From assembly GCF_000012925.1 (NCBI RefSeq), contig NC_007517.1, positions 1,320,001 through 1,352,000 on the forward strand: a stretch of DNA of 32,000 nt, given 5' to 3'. This DNA is from Geobacter metallireducens GS-15. GTDB lineage: Bacteria; Desulfobacterota; Desulfuromonadia; Geobacterales; Geobacteraceae. A model generated the notes under the pieces. The model was not told the DNA's origin. It made no database searches and worked only from the letters and a program-made list of their open reading frames with translations. Of this stretch, positions 16,036-24,600 are shown piece by piece. The translations under genes were made by a program, and so were the position numbers. The stretch's first letter is position 1. The number at the start of each line of letters is the position of its first letter.

Positions 16036-17790
16036 CTAGCGTACCCCCTCCCAGGTGATGTAGCTGATCTTCATGACGCCGGGGCTGGGGCCGACCGGTT
16101 CCCTGATTTTGAAGGCGGACAGGTTGCCGCGGTTGGTACGGACGCAGACGTTGGCGTTCTCCGGTATCCTTTGGATGGGGATGCGCCGCTGCGTCATCTT
16201 GACTTTCGAGCAGTTTTCATAGGTGGGTTTTTCTCGGGTGAAGCCGAGGGAAGCCCCATTGCGCGGCGTCAGGTAACGCTCCGTCTCCGTTTCCGCCTCG
16301 AACCAGATGTCCGCGTCACCGTTCTGGGCAATGCTCCCTGCATCCAGGTCAAACAGATAAGTCTGGCGAATCTCGCCCCTTCCCTGGGTGATCATCTTCC
16401 CCGCTGTGGGCTCTTCTGCCGTCCTTCCGGCGTCCGGCGGCGCGGCAACCACCAGATCCACCCGTGTCCCGCGCTTTGCCGTGGTTCCACCCCTGATCTT
16501 CTGGTCGAGGATTGTTCCGGGACGCGCCCGGGTCGTCGGTCGCCGGGTCTCGGCCCCCGGCTGCAGTCCCGCATCCACCAGCATCTTCAGGGCGCGTTGC
16601 CGGGGCTGCTTCACCACGTTGGGCACCGTCACCAGTTCCGGTTCCGGGGGCTTTACGGCTACCACCAACCTGACTTTTCTCCCCTGTGCCAGCTTCGAGC
16701 CGGCCTTGGGGGTCTGGCCGATGATCGTGCCCGGCTCTGACGTGTCGGTTTTCCGCTTTTCCACCGTTCCCACCCTCAAGCCGGCTGTTGCAAGGGCAGC
16801 CTTGGCGTCACCGAGGGTTTTCCCGGCCAGTTTCGGCACGGTGACGAGCTTCGGCGGAGGGGGCTCCTGCTGTCCGCCGGGCGGCGGTTCTTCCGGCCGT
16901 TCAGGAGGAACCGCCACGACGAGATTCACCATCGCTCCGGCGGTGACGCTCGTCTCCTCCGGCGGCTCCTGCTGAGTCACTGTCCCCGGTGGGGCTTCGG
17001 GCACAATCTGCCGCACCACCTGGGGGTGCAATCCCTTGACGCGGAGGGCCTCGACGGCCTGCTGCTCCTCCATGCCGGTAACCCGAGGCACAGTGATGGC
17101 TACCGGTTCAGTCTGCCCCTGGCCGGAAGGGGTGGTGGTGCCGGTCGTCGTAACGGGCGGCGATCCCTTGAACAGCTTGACGAAGCTGGTGCGCAACGAT
17201 TCGACGCCGGTGAAGAGCCCCGCCAGCGCCACCACGATTGCGGTGATGGAGCTGATGAGCCAGGCGAGCCGATTCTTCCGTACCGCCGGCACGGCGCCGG
17301 TACCGCCCGGCGCAGCCGCTCCGACCGTCCCCTCCAGCACCCTGCCCAGGGTATCCACCAGTTGCGCCAAGTCCGAGTCCCAGTGGGTGTCGTTGATCTC
17401 GATGGCGTTGCGGCGGGCCAGGAGCTTCAGGTCGTCGGGGAGATCCGCCTCCCCCGGCATGGCCGCATCCTGGACCAGCACCGGAACCACCCGGATGTTC
17501 CGCCGCAGGGCCGTCCCCACTTCCAGGCGGATGAAATCCCGGGGGTCGTCCAGGCGACGCCGGCCCGCCGCGTCGGTACAGTCAATCCACCGCCGGCCGA
17601 TTATTACCAGGAGCACCGCGCAGGAGCCCACGGCCCGGTCGATGGCCTCCACAAAATCAACTCCCGGCTCGATGGCGGAGACGTCCATGAAGACCCGGTC
17701 CCTGCCGAAACGTTCCCGCAGCCGGTCGTAGACCCTGCCGGCGTGGCCGGCACTCTCCTCGCGGCGGTAGCTGATGAATATGCCTTCCAT
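16036..17790 (-). CDS. TIR domain / single TM helix / three PASTA domains / beta-rich C-terminal domain protein (584 aa)
   Basis: The N-terminus is TIR_2-like: IFISYRREESAGHAGRVYDRL...VFMDVSAIEPGVDFVEAIDRAVGSCAVLLVIIGRRW...DFIRLEVGTAL. The TM helix is LAWLISSITAIVVALAGLFTGV (aa about 175-197). Three PASTA-like repeats each start with (I/V)TVP and end with LVVA (aa about 231-450, nt 16441-17100). A roughly 120-aa C-terminal domain of unknown family follows. The RBS is GGAGGAAACCACA before ATG 17790. Confidence 0.85.
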   Translation of the reverse strand: MEGIFISYRREESAGHAGRVYDRLRERFGRDRVFMDVSAIEPGVDFVEAIDRAVGSCAVLLVIIGRRWIDCTDAAGRRRLDDPRDFIRLEVGTALRRNIRVVPVLVQDAAMPGEADLPDDLKLLARRNAIEINDTHWDSDLAQLVDTLGRVLEGTVGAAAPGGTGAVPAVRKNRLAWLISSITAIVVALAGLFTGVESLRTSFVKLFKGSPPVTTTGTTTPSGQGQTEPVAITVPRVTGMEEQQAVEALRVKGLHPQVVRQIVPEAPPGTVTQQEPPEETSVTAGAMVNLVVAVPPERPEEPPPGGQQEPPPPKLVTVPKLAGKTLGDAKAALATAGLRVGTVEKRKTDTSEPGTIIGQTPKAGSKLAQGRKVRLVVAVKPPEPELVTVPNVVKQPRQRALKMLVDAGLQPGAETRRPTTRARPGTILDQKIRGGTTAKRGTRVDLVVAAPPDAGRTAEEPTAGKMITQGRGEIRQTYLFDLDAGSIAQNGDADIWFEAETETERYLTPRNGASLGFTREKPTYENCSKVKMTQRRIPIQRIPENANVCVRTNRGNLSAFKIREPVGPSPGVMKISYITWEGVR

Positions 17791-17879
17791 TGTGGTTTCC
17801 TCCAGTCAGGCGTCGGTGACGGTGAGGTTTGTGGCGGGCATGGCCTCCTTGCTGCGTACCGGTAAAGGTTGGTTCATTA

Positions 17880-17907
17880 AGTATAAACCAGCCTCGCGCG
17901 GCATCAA
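17880..17907 (-). promoter_or_regulatory. Putative sigma70-type promoter of the TIR-PASTA gene
   Basis: The minus strand reads TTGATG (17902-17907), a 16-nt spacer, then TATACT (17880-17885). This is about 90 nt upstream of ATG 17790. Confidence 0.3.
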
Positions 17908-18004
17908 GGAAACGGGGTGAAATTGCCGGGGCTGAATTGGAACGGGCCGCCAGTTCCCTGGCAGCCCGCATCGATTACCGGCCTGCTGTGTAATGGTTAT
18001 GCCT

Positions 18005-19183
18005 CTACCAGTCGTAGGTCATGCTCCGACTGTTGTGTTCGTCGCATGCGCCAACCGTTGAATAGCAGTTCCCTTCTCCGTAATTGGTCGGTGAAGAAGC
18101 CTTTCTGAAACCTTTGAGCACTTGTACCTTCGTCCCGTTTGCCTGGACTGTCCCGTAGGGGGCCGGATCCGTATCGTAACCGATGAGCCGGCTGATGCGG
18201 TATCCGTGGGGAATCTCCACGTGGCAGGAAACGCAGGGGGCTCCATTGAAACGTGTCCCGCCGATAGTCATGGAGTCATGGTGATCTCCCTCTCCGTGGA
18301 CGTTGTTTTCCCACGATCCCCCCGAGTAGATGGGGTGGCAGTTGACACAGAAGAGATCGGTCGACCAGTTGTTGGCGTTGCTTCTGACGTCGCCGAGGGT
18401 CCAGAGCTGGCCGTTTCTGTTGTAGGGCCAGTAGGTGCGGGGTCCCTTGAGGAGGTATTTGGTTGCTCCCGTACTCCCGGTGGGCGGAGCCGCGTGGCAG
18501 TCCGAGCAGACCATTGTCTGGGTTCCCACGTTGGTCCAGCCGAGGCTCATTTGGTTCGAGCGCAACGCCTTGGGTGCATAGGAGCCGGTCTGAGAATTGA
18601 GGGGGACCTGTATGGGGTGTGCCGACCGGTTGTTGGGGTTGAACTCCATGGCCTGGTCGGTGAGCTTGATATTGGAGTGGCTCACGACGGGGCTGACACC
18701 CGTGGTCGCTGGGCCGAAGGCGTTGTACGAGTGACACTTGTAGCAGACCTGATACTGGTTTTGGGCTGGATTGACGAGGGAGAAGGTCATGATCTGGGTC
18801 CAGAGGGGGGCAGTTCCCGGCACGACGCCGGACATGGTCTGCCAGTTGGCGATGTAGAGGCCGTGCTTGTCGAAATGGACCAAGGTCGAATGGCAACTGG
18901 TGCAGTCCCTGAAAGGAGCAAACACATAGGTGTTAGTGACGGGGTCGAGCACCAGCCTGTGGCAGTCCAGGCAATCGAGCCCTTTGGTGGTTATGAGGTT
19001 GTGGTGACGCGTGACATTGTTGCCGCTTGCATGGCAGACACGGCAGTCGGCCATGGTGAGGGCGAGGGCGGCGGCAGGGGAGGTGGCTGTTTCGAGGGTG
19101 ATGGACGAAACTGCCGCCCCGGTCCCCAGGAGCACAAGACAGGCCACTTGGTTCATCCGTTTCAATACTTGGCGAGCATTCAT
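18005..19183 (-). CDS. Multihaem c-type cytochrome (seven CXXCH motifs)
   Basis: The motifs are CRVCH, CLDCH, CTSCH, CYKCH, CSDCH, CVNCH and CVSCH. There is a signal peptide (MNARQVLKRMNQVACLVLLGTGAAVSS). The preferred start is ATG 19183, with GGAAGGAGATCACC upstream. Confidence 0.85.
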   Translation of the reverse strand: MNARQVLKRMNQVACLVLLGTGAAVSSITLETATSPAAALALTMADCRVCHASGNNVTRHHNLITTKGLDCLDCHRLVLDPVTNTYVFAPFRDCTSCHSTLVHFDKHGLYIANWQTMSGVVPGTAPLWTQIMTFSLVNPAQNQYQVCYKCHSYNAFGPATTGVSPVVSHSNIKLTDQAMEFNPNNRSAHPIQVPLNSQTGSYAPKALRSNQMSLGWTNVGTQTMVCSDCHAAPPTGSTGATKYLLKGPRTYWPYNRNGQLWTLGDVRSNANNWSTDLFCVNCHPIYSGGSWENNVHGEGDHHDSMTIGGTRFNGAPCVSCHVEIPHGYRISRLIGYDTDPAPYGTVQANGTKVQVLKGFRKASSPTNYGEGNCYSTVGACDEHNSRSMTYDW

Positions 19184-19226
19184 GGTGATCTCCTTCCATG
19201 GAGTTTGAGAGCTGGTCAAACCACGA

Positions 19227-20204
19227 TTATTTCTGCTTGGATGTTTCTCCGGTCTTGACCGGCTTCCAGGTCTTGTCGGGATCGAACAGCTCCATGGCCT
19301 CTGCCAGACGTCTCGTATTTTTGCCGAGATTTTTCTCGTACACGGTTCCCGCCTGATTGACGATGAAGGTCATGACCCCCGAATTGCCATATTCGGCGGG
19401 ATAGGCAACGAGCGCAAAGCCGAGGATCATCCTTTCCTTGACCACATACTGGTATGCCCCTCCCGCGGCGTGTTTCCCCTGCCCCTTGAGTATCTTGAAG
19501 TAGTAGCCATGGAAGGGGGAAAGGTTGCTTTCCTTTGCGTACCCTTCCTTCGCCGCCCGCGCCACCAGGGGGCCGAGCGGACTCTCGGGTTCGCCCTCCT
19601 TCGCTTCCCAGTACAGGCCGTCCCGTTTCCCTTCGGAACTGATAAGCTTCTGGGCGAATTCAACTTTTCCGCCTCCCCGGCAATCCTTGCCCGCGTATTC
19701 CTGCTGTGCATCCACATAGGCGTCGAGCACATCGATGACGTGCAGTTCGTTCCTGCCTATTCTCCGTTTCAGGATCTCCTTTTTCCCTGTCCCGATATTA
19801 AAGGCCCATTTTCCCCCTTTCTTTACGATCGGTATGGGCATGGGCCAGTTATCCGGGCCAACGTGCAAGACCATGACCGTGGCGGACTTGCGCTCGAGGC
19901 TGTTCATCCGGTCATAGGCCGCAAGGAATTTTTCCCGGTCCGTCTTGTCGGCAACCTCGTCGCCGGACGATATCAGATCCTTGCTGCCGGGACCGAGGAT
20001 GAGCGTCAAATCTCTCTCGTTCCCCTCCCTCACGGCGGCAACCAGGGCTTTCACCGCGTTGTCGGGCGTGGCGAATTTCTTCTGCCGTGTTTGCGCCGCA
20101 AAAGATGGTGTGGATATCACTGAAAAGATCATGGCAACGGCCACGACGCAGGCCCACATCACCCAACCCGTGCCCCCTTTGTGATTCGATGCGCTAACTT
20201 TCAT
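19227..20204 (-). CDS. DUF2950-family secreted protein
   Basis: The hallmark C-terminal segment is FHGYYFKILKGQGKHAAGGAYQYVVKERMILGFALVAYPAEYGNSGVMTFIVNQAGTVYEKNLG (family recalled from memory). There is a signal peptide (VMWACVVAVAMIFSVISTPSFA). The preferred start is ATG 20204, with GGGAGGCACC upstream. The longer ORF-track start overlaps the upstream gene. Confidence 0.8.
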   Translation of the reverse strand: MKVSASNHKGGTGWVMWACVVAVAMIFSVISTPSFAAQTRQKKFATPDNAVKALVAAVREGNERDLTLILGPGSKDLISSGDEVADKTDREKFLAAYDRMNSLERKSATVMVLHVGPDNWPMPIPIVKKGGKWAFNIGTGKKEILKRRIGRNELHVIDVLDAYVDAQQEYAGKDCRGGGKVEFAQKLISSEGKRDGLYWEAKEGEPESPLGPLVARAAKEGYAKESNLSPFHGYYFKILKGQGKHAAGGAYQYVVKERMILGFALVAYPAEYGNSGVMTFIVNQAGTVYEKNLGKNTRRLAEAMELFDPDKTWKPVKTGETSKQK

Positions 20205-20253
20205 GGTGCCTCCCTGTATGCGTGCAACCCTGCTATAACCAAAACAGTCTGTA

Positions 20254-21609
20254 TCAACGTCTACCGCCACCCCGGGAGCCGCCGCCGGATGGCTGTCGTA
20301 TCTCGCCGCCCCGGAAGCCGCCACCGGCAGGCTGTCGTATCTCGCCACCTCTGAAGCCGCCTGAAGGCTGTCTGATCTCTCCCCCAAAACCGCCTCTGGA
20401 CCTTCCCATCGGCGGCGTACCACTCCGGATGCTCATCTCGCCGCGATTGATCGCCCGGCGCTCGAAGGTCCCTTCGCCGACCCCCCTGAAGGGGGTATCC
20501 CGCCCTGCCGGCCGCTGTACCTGTTCCCTCGGTGCCTGTATTCTCGGCGTCACCGTGGTGCCTTCCCGCCGCTCAACCGGAGCCTGCCGGACTGCTGGCC
20601 CTTGTTCCCTCTGCGGCACAACGGCCCGTTCCCTCTGTTCAGGCACGCGCCCGGCAGGCGCCTGTGTGCCCCGCAATCCCGGCCTCACTTGACCCCTGAC
20701 TGGATAGCCGCGTGTTTCCGGCCCGGCCGGTGACACCCGTGTCGGTCTCAGCCCAAAGCGTTCGCCCGTTCGTATGTCCCGATAGGCAACCCCTCTCCTG
20801 TGGACGGGGTTATGGCGCCAGACAGAGCCGCCAAGATCCCGGCTGGTATTGAAACGGTTGAACCGCCTCGTCCGGTCGAAGTCTACGTGGATACGATGGG
20901 AACGCCAGTCGCACCAGGCCCAGGAAAAAATGTTGAAGCTGAAATAGAAGGGAGGGCCGAAGGCGATGTAGCTCAGGCCGAAGGGGTAACTGGTCGGGTA
21001 ATACCAGTAGTAGGGGGGGTAGTCGGGATACCACCACGGGCCATAGATATATGACGGATCATAGACCGGCACATAGATGACTTCCGGGTCAACCGGCTCG
21101 ATCTGGATCTCTCCCTGATCCTCGACAACCTTCTGCTGGCTGGTTGTCTTGAGATTCCCCTGCTGCTCGGCCTTCTGGCGCAATTCCTGGATGGAGGCCA
21201 TGACATCATCTTCCTGGCTCAGAAAGGCATCCCCCAGTTTTCTCGTCTGGTCGAGCTTGTCGCTCAAGGCGAAGAGAACGTCCGGAAAATGGCAGAGCGA
21301 TTTGACGCTGGGATCCCACGGCTTGTTCTGGAGGGCATTGTCCAGTTCGGTCCCTTTCAGCCCCATGTTGTCCCGCCGCCATCGCTCCGCCTCCACTAAT
21401 TCAAGCGGATACGTGGATGCCATCAGCACCTGGGCGATCAATGAATCGGGATACAGGGCGATCGGCGCAAGCATCTGAGTCAGCTCCTGCTTGCTGAACT
21501 TGGCCGCCTGATCGGCTTCCCCTTCCTGCGCCATTGTACCCACCGGCATCGCGAGCATGACGATGACGATACATGCCACCTTCAGGATAGTCATGATTGT
21601 CGCTTTCAT
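20254..21609 (-). CDS. DUF3300-family secreted protein with a Gly/Arg-rich repetitive C-terminus
   Basis: The hallmark segment is LTQMLAPIALYPDSLIAQVLMASTYPLELVEAERW (family recalled from memory), with a signal peptide. The preferred start is ATG 21609 (MKATIM), with GAGGAGAGCTT upstream. Confidence 0.8.
   Translation of the reverse strand: MKATIMTILKVACIVIVMLAMPVGTMAQEGEADQAAKFSKQELTQMLAPIALYPDSLIAQVLMASTYPLELVEAERWRRDNMGLKGTELDNALQNKPWDPSVKSLCHFPDVLFALSDKLDQTRKLGDAFLSQEDDVMASIQELRQKAEQQGNLKTTSQQKVVEDQGEIQIEPVDPEVIYVPVYDPSYIYGPWWYPDYPPYYWYYPTSYPFGLSYIAFGPPFYFSFNIFSWAWCDWRSHRIHVDFDRTRRFNRFNTSRDLGGSVWRHNPVHRRGVAYRDIRTGERFGLRPTRVSPAGPETRGYPVRGQVRPGLRGTQAPAGRVPEQRERAVVPQREQGPAVRQAPVERREGTTVTPRIQAPREQVQRPAGRDTPFRGVGEGTFERRAINRGEMSIRSGTPPMGRSRGGFGGEIRQPSGGFRGGEIRQPAGGGFRGGEIRQPSGGGSRGGGRR
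20270..20395 (-). repeat. Three imperfect tandem coding repeats (about 36-40 nt) encoding GGEIRQP(S/A)GG(G)FR units
   Basis: GGCTGTCGTATCTCGCC recurs at about 20291 and 20331, and a variant, GGCTGTCTGATCTCTCC, occurs at about 20366. The translation is GGEIRQPSGGFRGGEIRQPAGGGFRGGEIRQPSGGGSRGG. Confidence 0.6.
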
Positions 21610-21652
21610 AAGCTCTCCTCTGTTACGTTTCCCGTCCATCCAGCACACCCCT

Positions 21653-24600
21653 TCACGGCGGGCCGGCGTTACCGCGTTCCGTCACTACCGCCTCATACCC
21701 CTTGCGGACCCACATGGCGTTGCTCCCGATGTTCAGCTTCTCCAGACCAGGCGGCGGATCCACTCCCGGGTCGAGGGGGTGGAGCTGCAGTGCCTCCTCC
21801 CCTTTTTCCGTCAGGGCCGTTTCCAGCTCCCACCCCACCCATTTGGACTCGCTGGCGCTCTTGGACCAGAAGAGGAGGAAAAGGTCCCGCTCCCTGATCT
21901 CGTTGTCGAGGCGCGGCTTGAACTCTTCCCCGGGGTTCAGGTCGAGGCAGTCCTGGAAGACATCGATGCCCGCCGCGATCTTGATGGCGTCCACCCGGTC
22001 CAGGACCCGGAGCCGGTCCTTTGAGGAGTAGGAGGCGAAGGCGGTTTTTGCCGGCTCGCCGCTGGCGGTGGCGACTCTCTTCCTCTTCGGCGCGGCGGTT
22101 ATCTCCAGGTCGAGCCGCAGGCGCGCCACGATGATCCCCTCAATGGCCACATCGAACTTGAGGGGGATGGTCCCTTCCTCGGCGCCCTTGGGCACGGTCA
22201 CGTCGAACTCCAGGAGGGACCGCCCCCCCTGCCAGGTGAATTCCTGCTCGGGAGGATCGACGGTGAGCCCCCGGCCCGAAAGCTTGACGGTGACGCGGGT
22301 ATCCCGCTTCCAGCGGCACTCCTGGATGCCGAGCACCGGCTCGGCGGAGGGGGCCAGTTTCGTGAGGAGATCCTGGACCTCCTGCTCCAGGGCCTTTTCG
22401 TAGGCCACGAACCGGGCGGTGAACTCGCTCCCCGGTTTCGCCTGCCGGGGGGCCGAGGCGCCGAGTTGGACTGGCTGCAGCTCTTCGGCCGCATCCGGCA
22501 CGGTGCCGGACATTTTGGGCGCAGGTGCCGGCGGAGGCCCTCCCCCGACGGTTGGAGGAGGCTCGGCTCCGACAGGTGATGGCTCCCCTTGTGACGGCTC
22601 TGATAGCTCAAGTTTTTTCAGCCGGAGGGGGCGGCCGAGAGTAATAGTTGCGTGTGTGTCCACGGATCGCATGTCGTCGGGAGTGAAACGAGCCACTGAA
22701 CCGCCCGCCCGCATCGTCACTATGTCGACTGGCCCGATCCCGCGTTTCTCGTCACCGCTTCCCGCTGCTTCCGCCCCCTCCCGGATTTCCTGCAGGGCCG
22801 CCACGAGCCCCTGTCTTTCGAGATCTTGCGGTACCGATGAGAGTACGTTCTTGAGAAACGCCAGCTGGTCCAGCACCGACTGGAACTGCCGAGGCGATCC
22901 CACATTCTTCGCCCTGGCGTAGTCGTCGATTATGTCCCCGGTATAATCGGCCAGATCCCCGGCGGCCAGGTGCCTGAGGAGGAGACAGTCCACCGGCGTG
23001 GCCGTGTTCCAGAAATCGGGGCTGGCATTGTGCTCTCCCTCCGCCAGTTCCACAGCCTTGTCCACGGCGGATTCGAAATCGGGGGGGAGTTGTTCCTCTC
23101 CGTCCAGCAGGTGGGCCAGGGTCTGGGCCGTCAGGTGATTGACAAGGGGATAGTAGGATGGTTTGCCCCGTTCGAGGCCGAGGGCGTACGCCCGGTAGTA
23201 GTGATCCGCCATGGCATGGAGGGCCGCCTGCTTTTCCGGGACTTCCGTGGCGATCATCATCCGCCGCTTGGCAACGCTCCCCAGAAGCGATAGCCGTTCC
23301 ACGGTCTCGCCCAGGGCGCTGTTCAGCCCCGTCAGCCTCTCTTCCGCCTCGGTGACGAGGTGAAGCGCCTTGGCCGGGTCTGTGGCGGCCAGTTCCTGGG
23401 CCCACCGGGACTGCAGGTTCCAGAGCTGTTCCGCTGTTTTGATGGTGGCAAGCCCCTTGTCGTCGTCGGTGGCCCTCCGGTAGTGATCCACCGCCTCCGC
23501 AAACTGCTTCAGCTCGCCGTAGGCCCGCCCCAGCGCCTCCTGGAGAGTACCGCAGGCGAGCCAGGCCGGCGGAACGCTCTGCTCGATGCCCCGGATGGCC
23601 TTCAGGTGCGCGTCAGCGGCCGGTCCCCGGGAGGTCTTTGCCGCCGCGGCGATGTTCTCAAGGTCGACGATCGCCTCGGAGATTGCGGTGTAGGAGATTC
23701 CGCGGCTGCGGGGAACAGTGGCGCCGTCCCCTTTGCCGAGGGTGAAGTCGGGGTCGCCGTAGCACTGGTAGGCGCCCCACGTGTTAGCTTCGGGGTGGGC
23801 GGCGTAGGTGGCGATGCGGGCCGCGAGCACTGCCTGGCCGAAGGTGCTGCCGGTCAGCATCCCCCGGTAGAACGTGGCGGCAAAGAGGGACGCCGCATCG
23901 TCCTGCACGGCCCAGCCGGCGGCCACCACTCCCCGTACCCCCATCCGGATCAGTTCGGTGGCCACGTTGGCGGCCAGGTTCGGCAGGTTGCGGGGGGGAT
24001 TCCGGTCGTCGATCTTCCCCAGGTGGCAGCAGTTGACGAATACCAGTTGCGGCACCGTGCGCATCTGCCGGATCTGGGCCGCCGTCAGGAACTGGTTCTC
24101 GCCGATGACCATGCCGGTGACGGGGTTCCCCTCGGTCTGCTGGTGGCAGGAGCCGCACGGCACCGGCGGGCGGTAGTCCAGCACGCCGTGCCCGGCCAGG
24201 TGGACGATCCGGTAATCCCGGGCAAAGAGCTCGGTCATGATGGCCGGCCCCGTGGCATCGGAGCCGATGAGGGGGGTTATGGTGTATCCGTAGTTCTTGA
24301 GGGATTTCTCCACCTCCCGGGCCTCCTGCTCGGCAGCGGGGAGGTTGGTGAAGGGGGTGGTGGGGTTGCCGATGACCAAGGCCGTTGCCTCCCGTGCCAT
24401 CACCACCTGTTCGCGGAACCGTTCCACCAGGAGCTGCCGCACCATCCCGGCCTGGACGGCCAGGGGCTTTTCGGCCCGGGCGGTGCTGTCACCCCGCCTG
24501 CGCTCCTGCATCATTTCCCACGGATAGCGGGCCGCCGTGTCGTTCAGCACCAGCACCATGTCCCGGCGGTCAAGGGTGTACTCCTTCAGCTCGTTGGGGA

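Noticed and set aside
17806-17841. An 11-codon upstream ORF (MPATNLTVTDA) with an AAGGAGG-like sequence in the TIR-PASTA leader.
   Set aside because: The SD-to-ATG spacing is only about 2 nt, the peptide is featureless, and conservation cannot be assessed here. It is most likely fortuitous.
20205-20423. An N-terminal extension of the DUF2950 ORF that overlaps the DUF3300 C-terminus.
   Set aside because: The internal ATG 20204 has a GGGAGG RBS and is followed by a proper signal peptide. The extension merely reads the repeat DNA of the upstream gene in another frame.
24143-24157. A CXXCH motif (CGSCH) inside the CHAT domain of the giant protein.
   Set aside because: The protein has no signal peptide and is predicted to be cytoplasmic, so covalent haem attachment is implausible. 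This is most likely a chance match or part of a small metal- or loop-forming insert.
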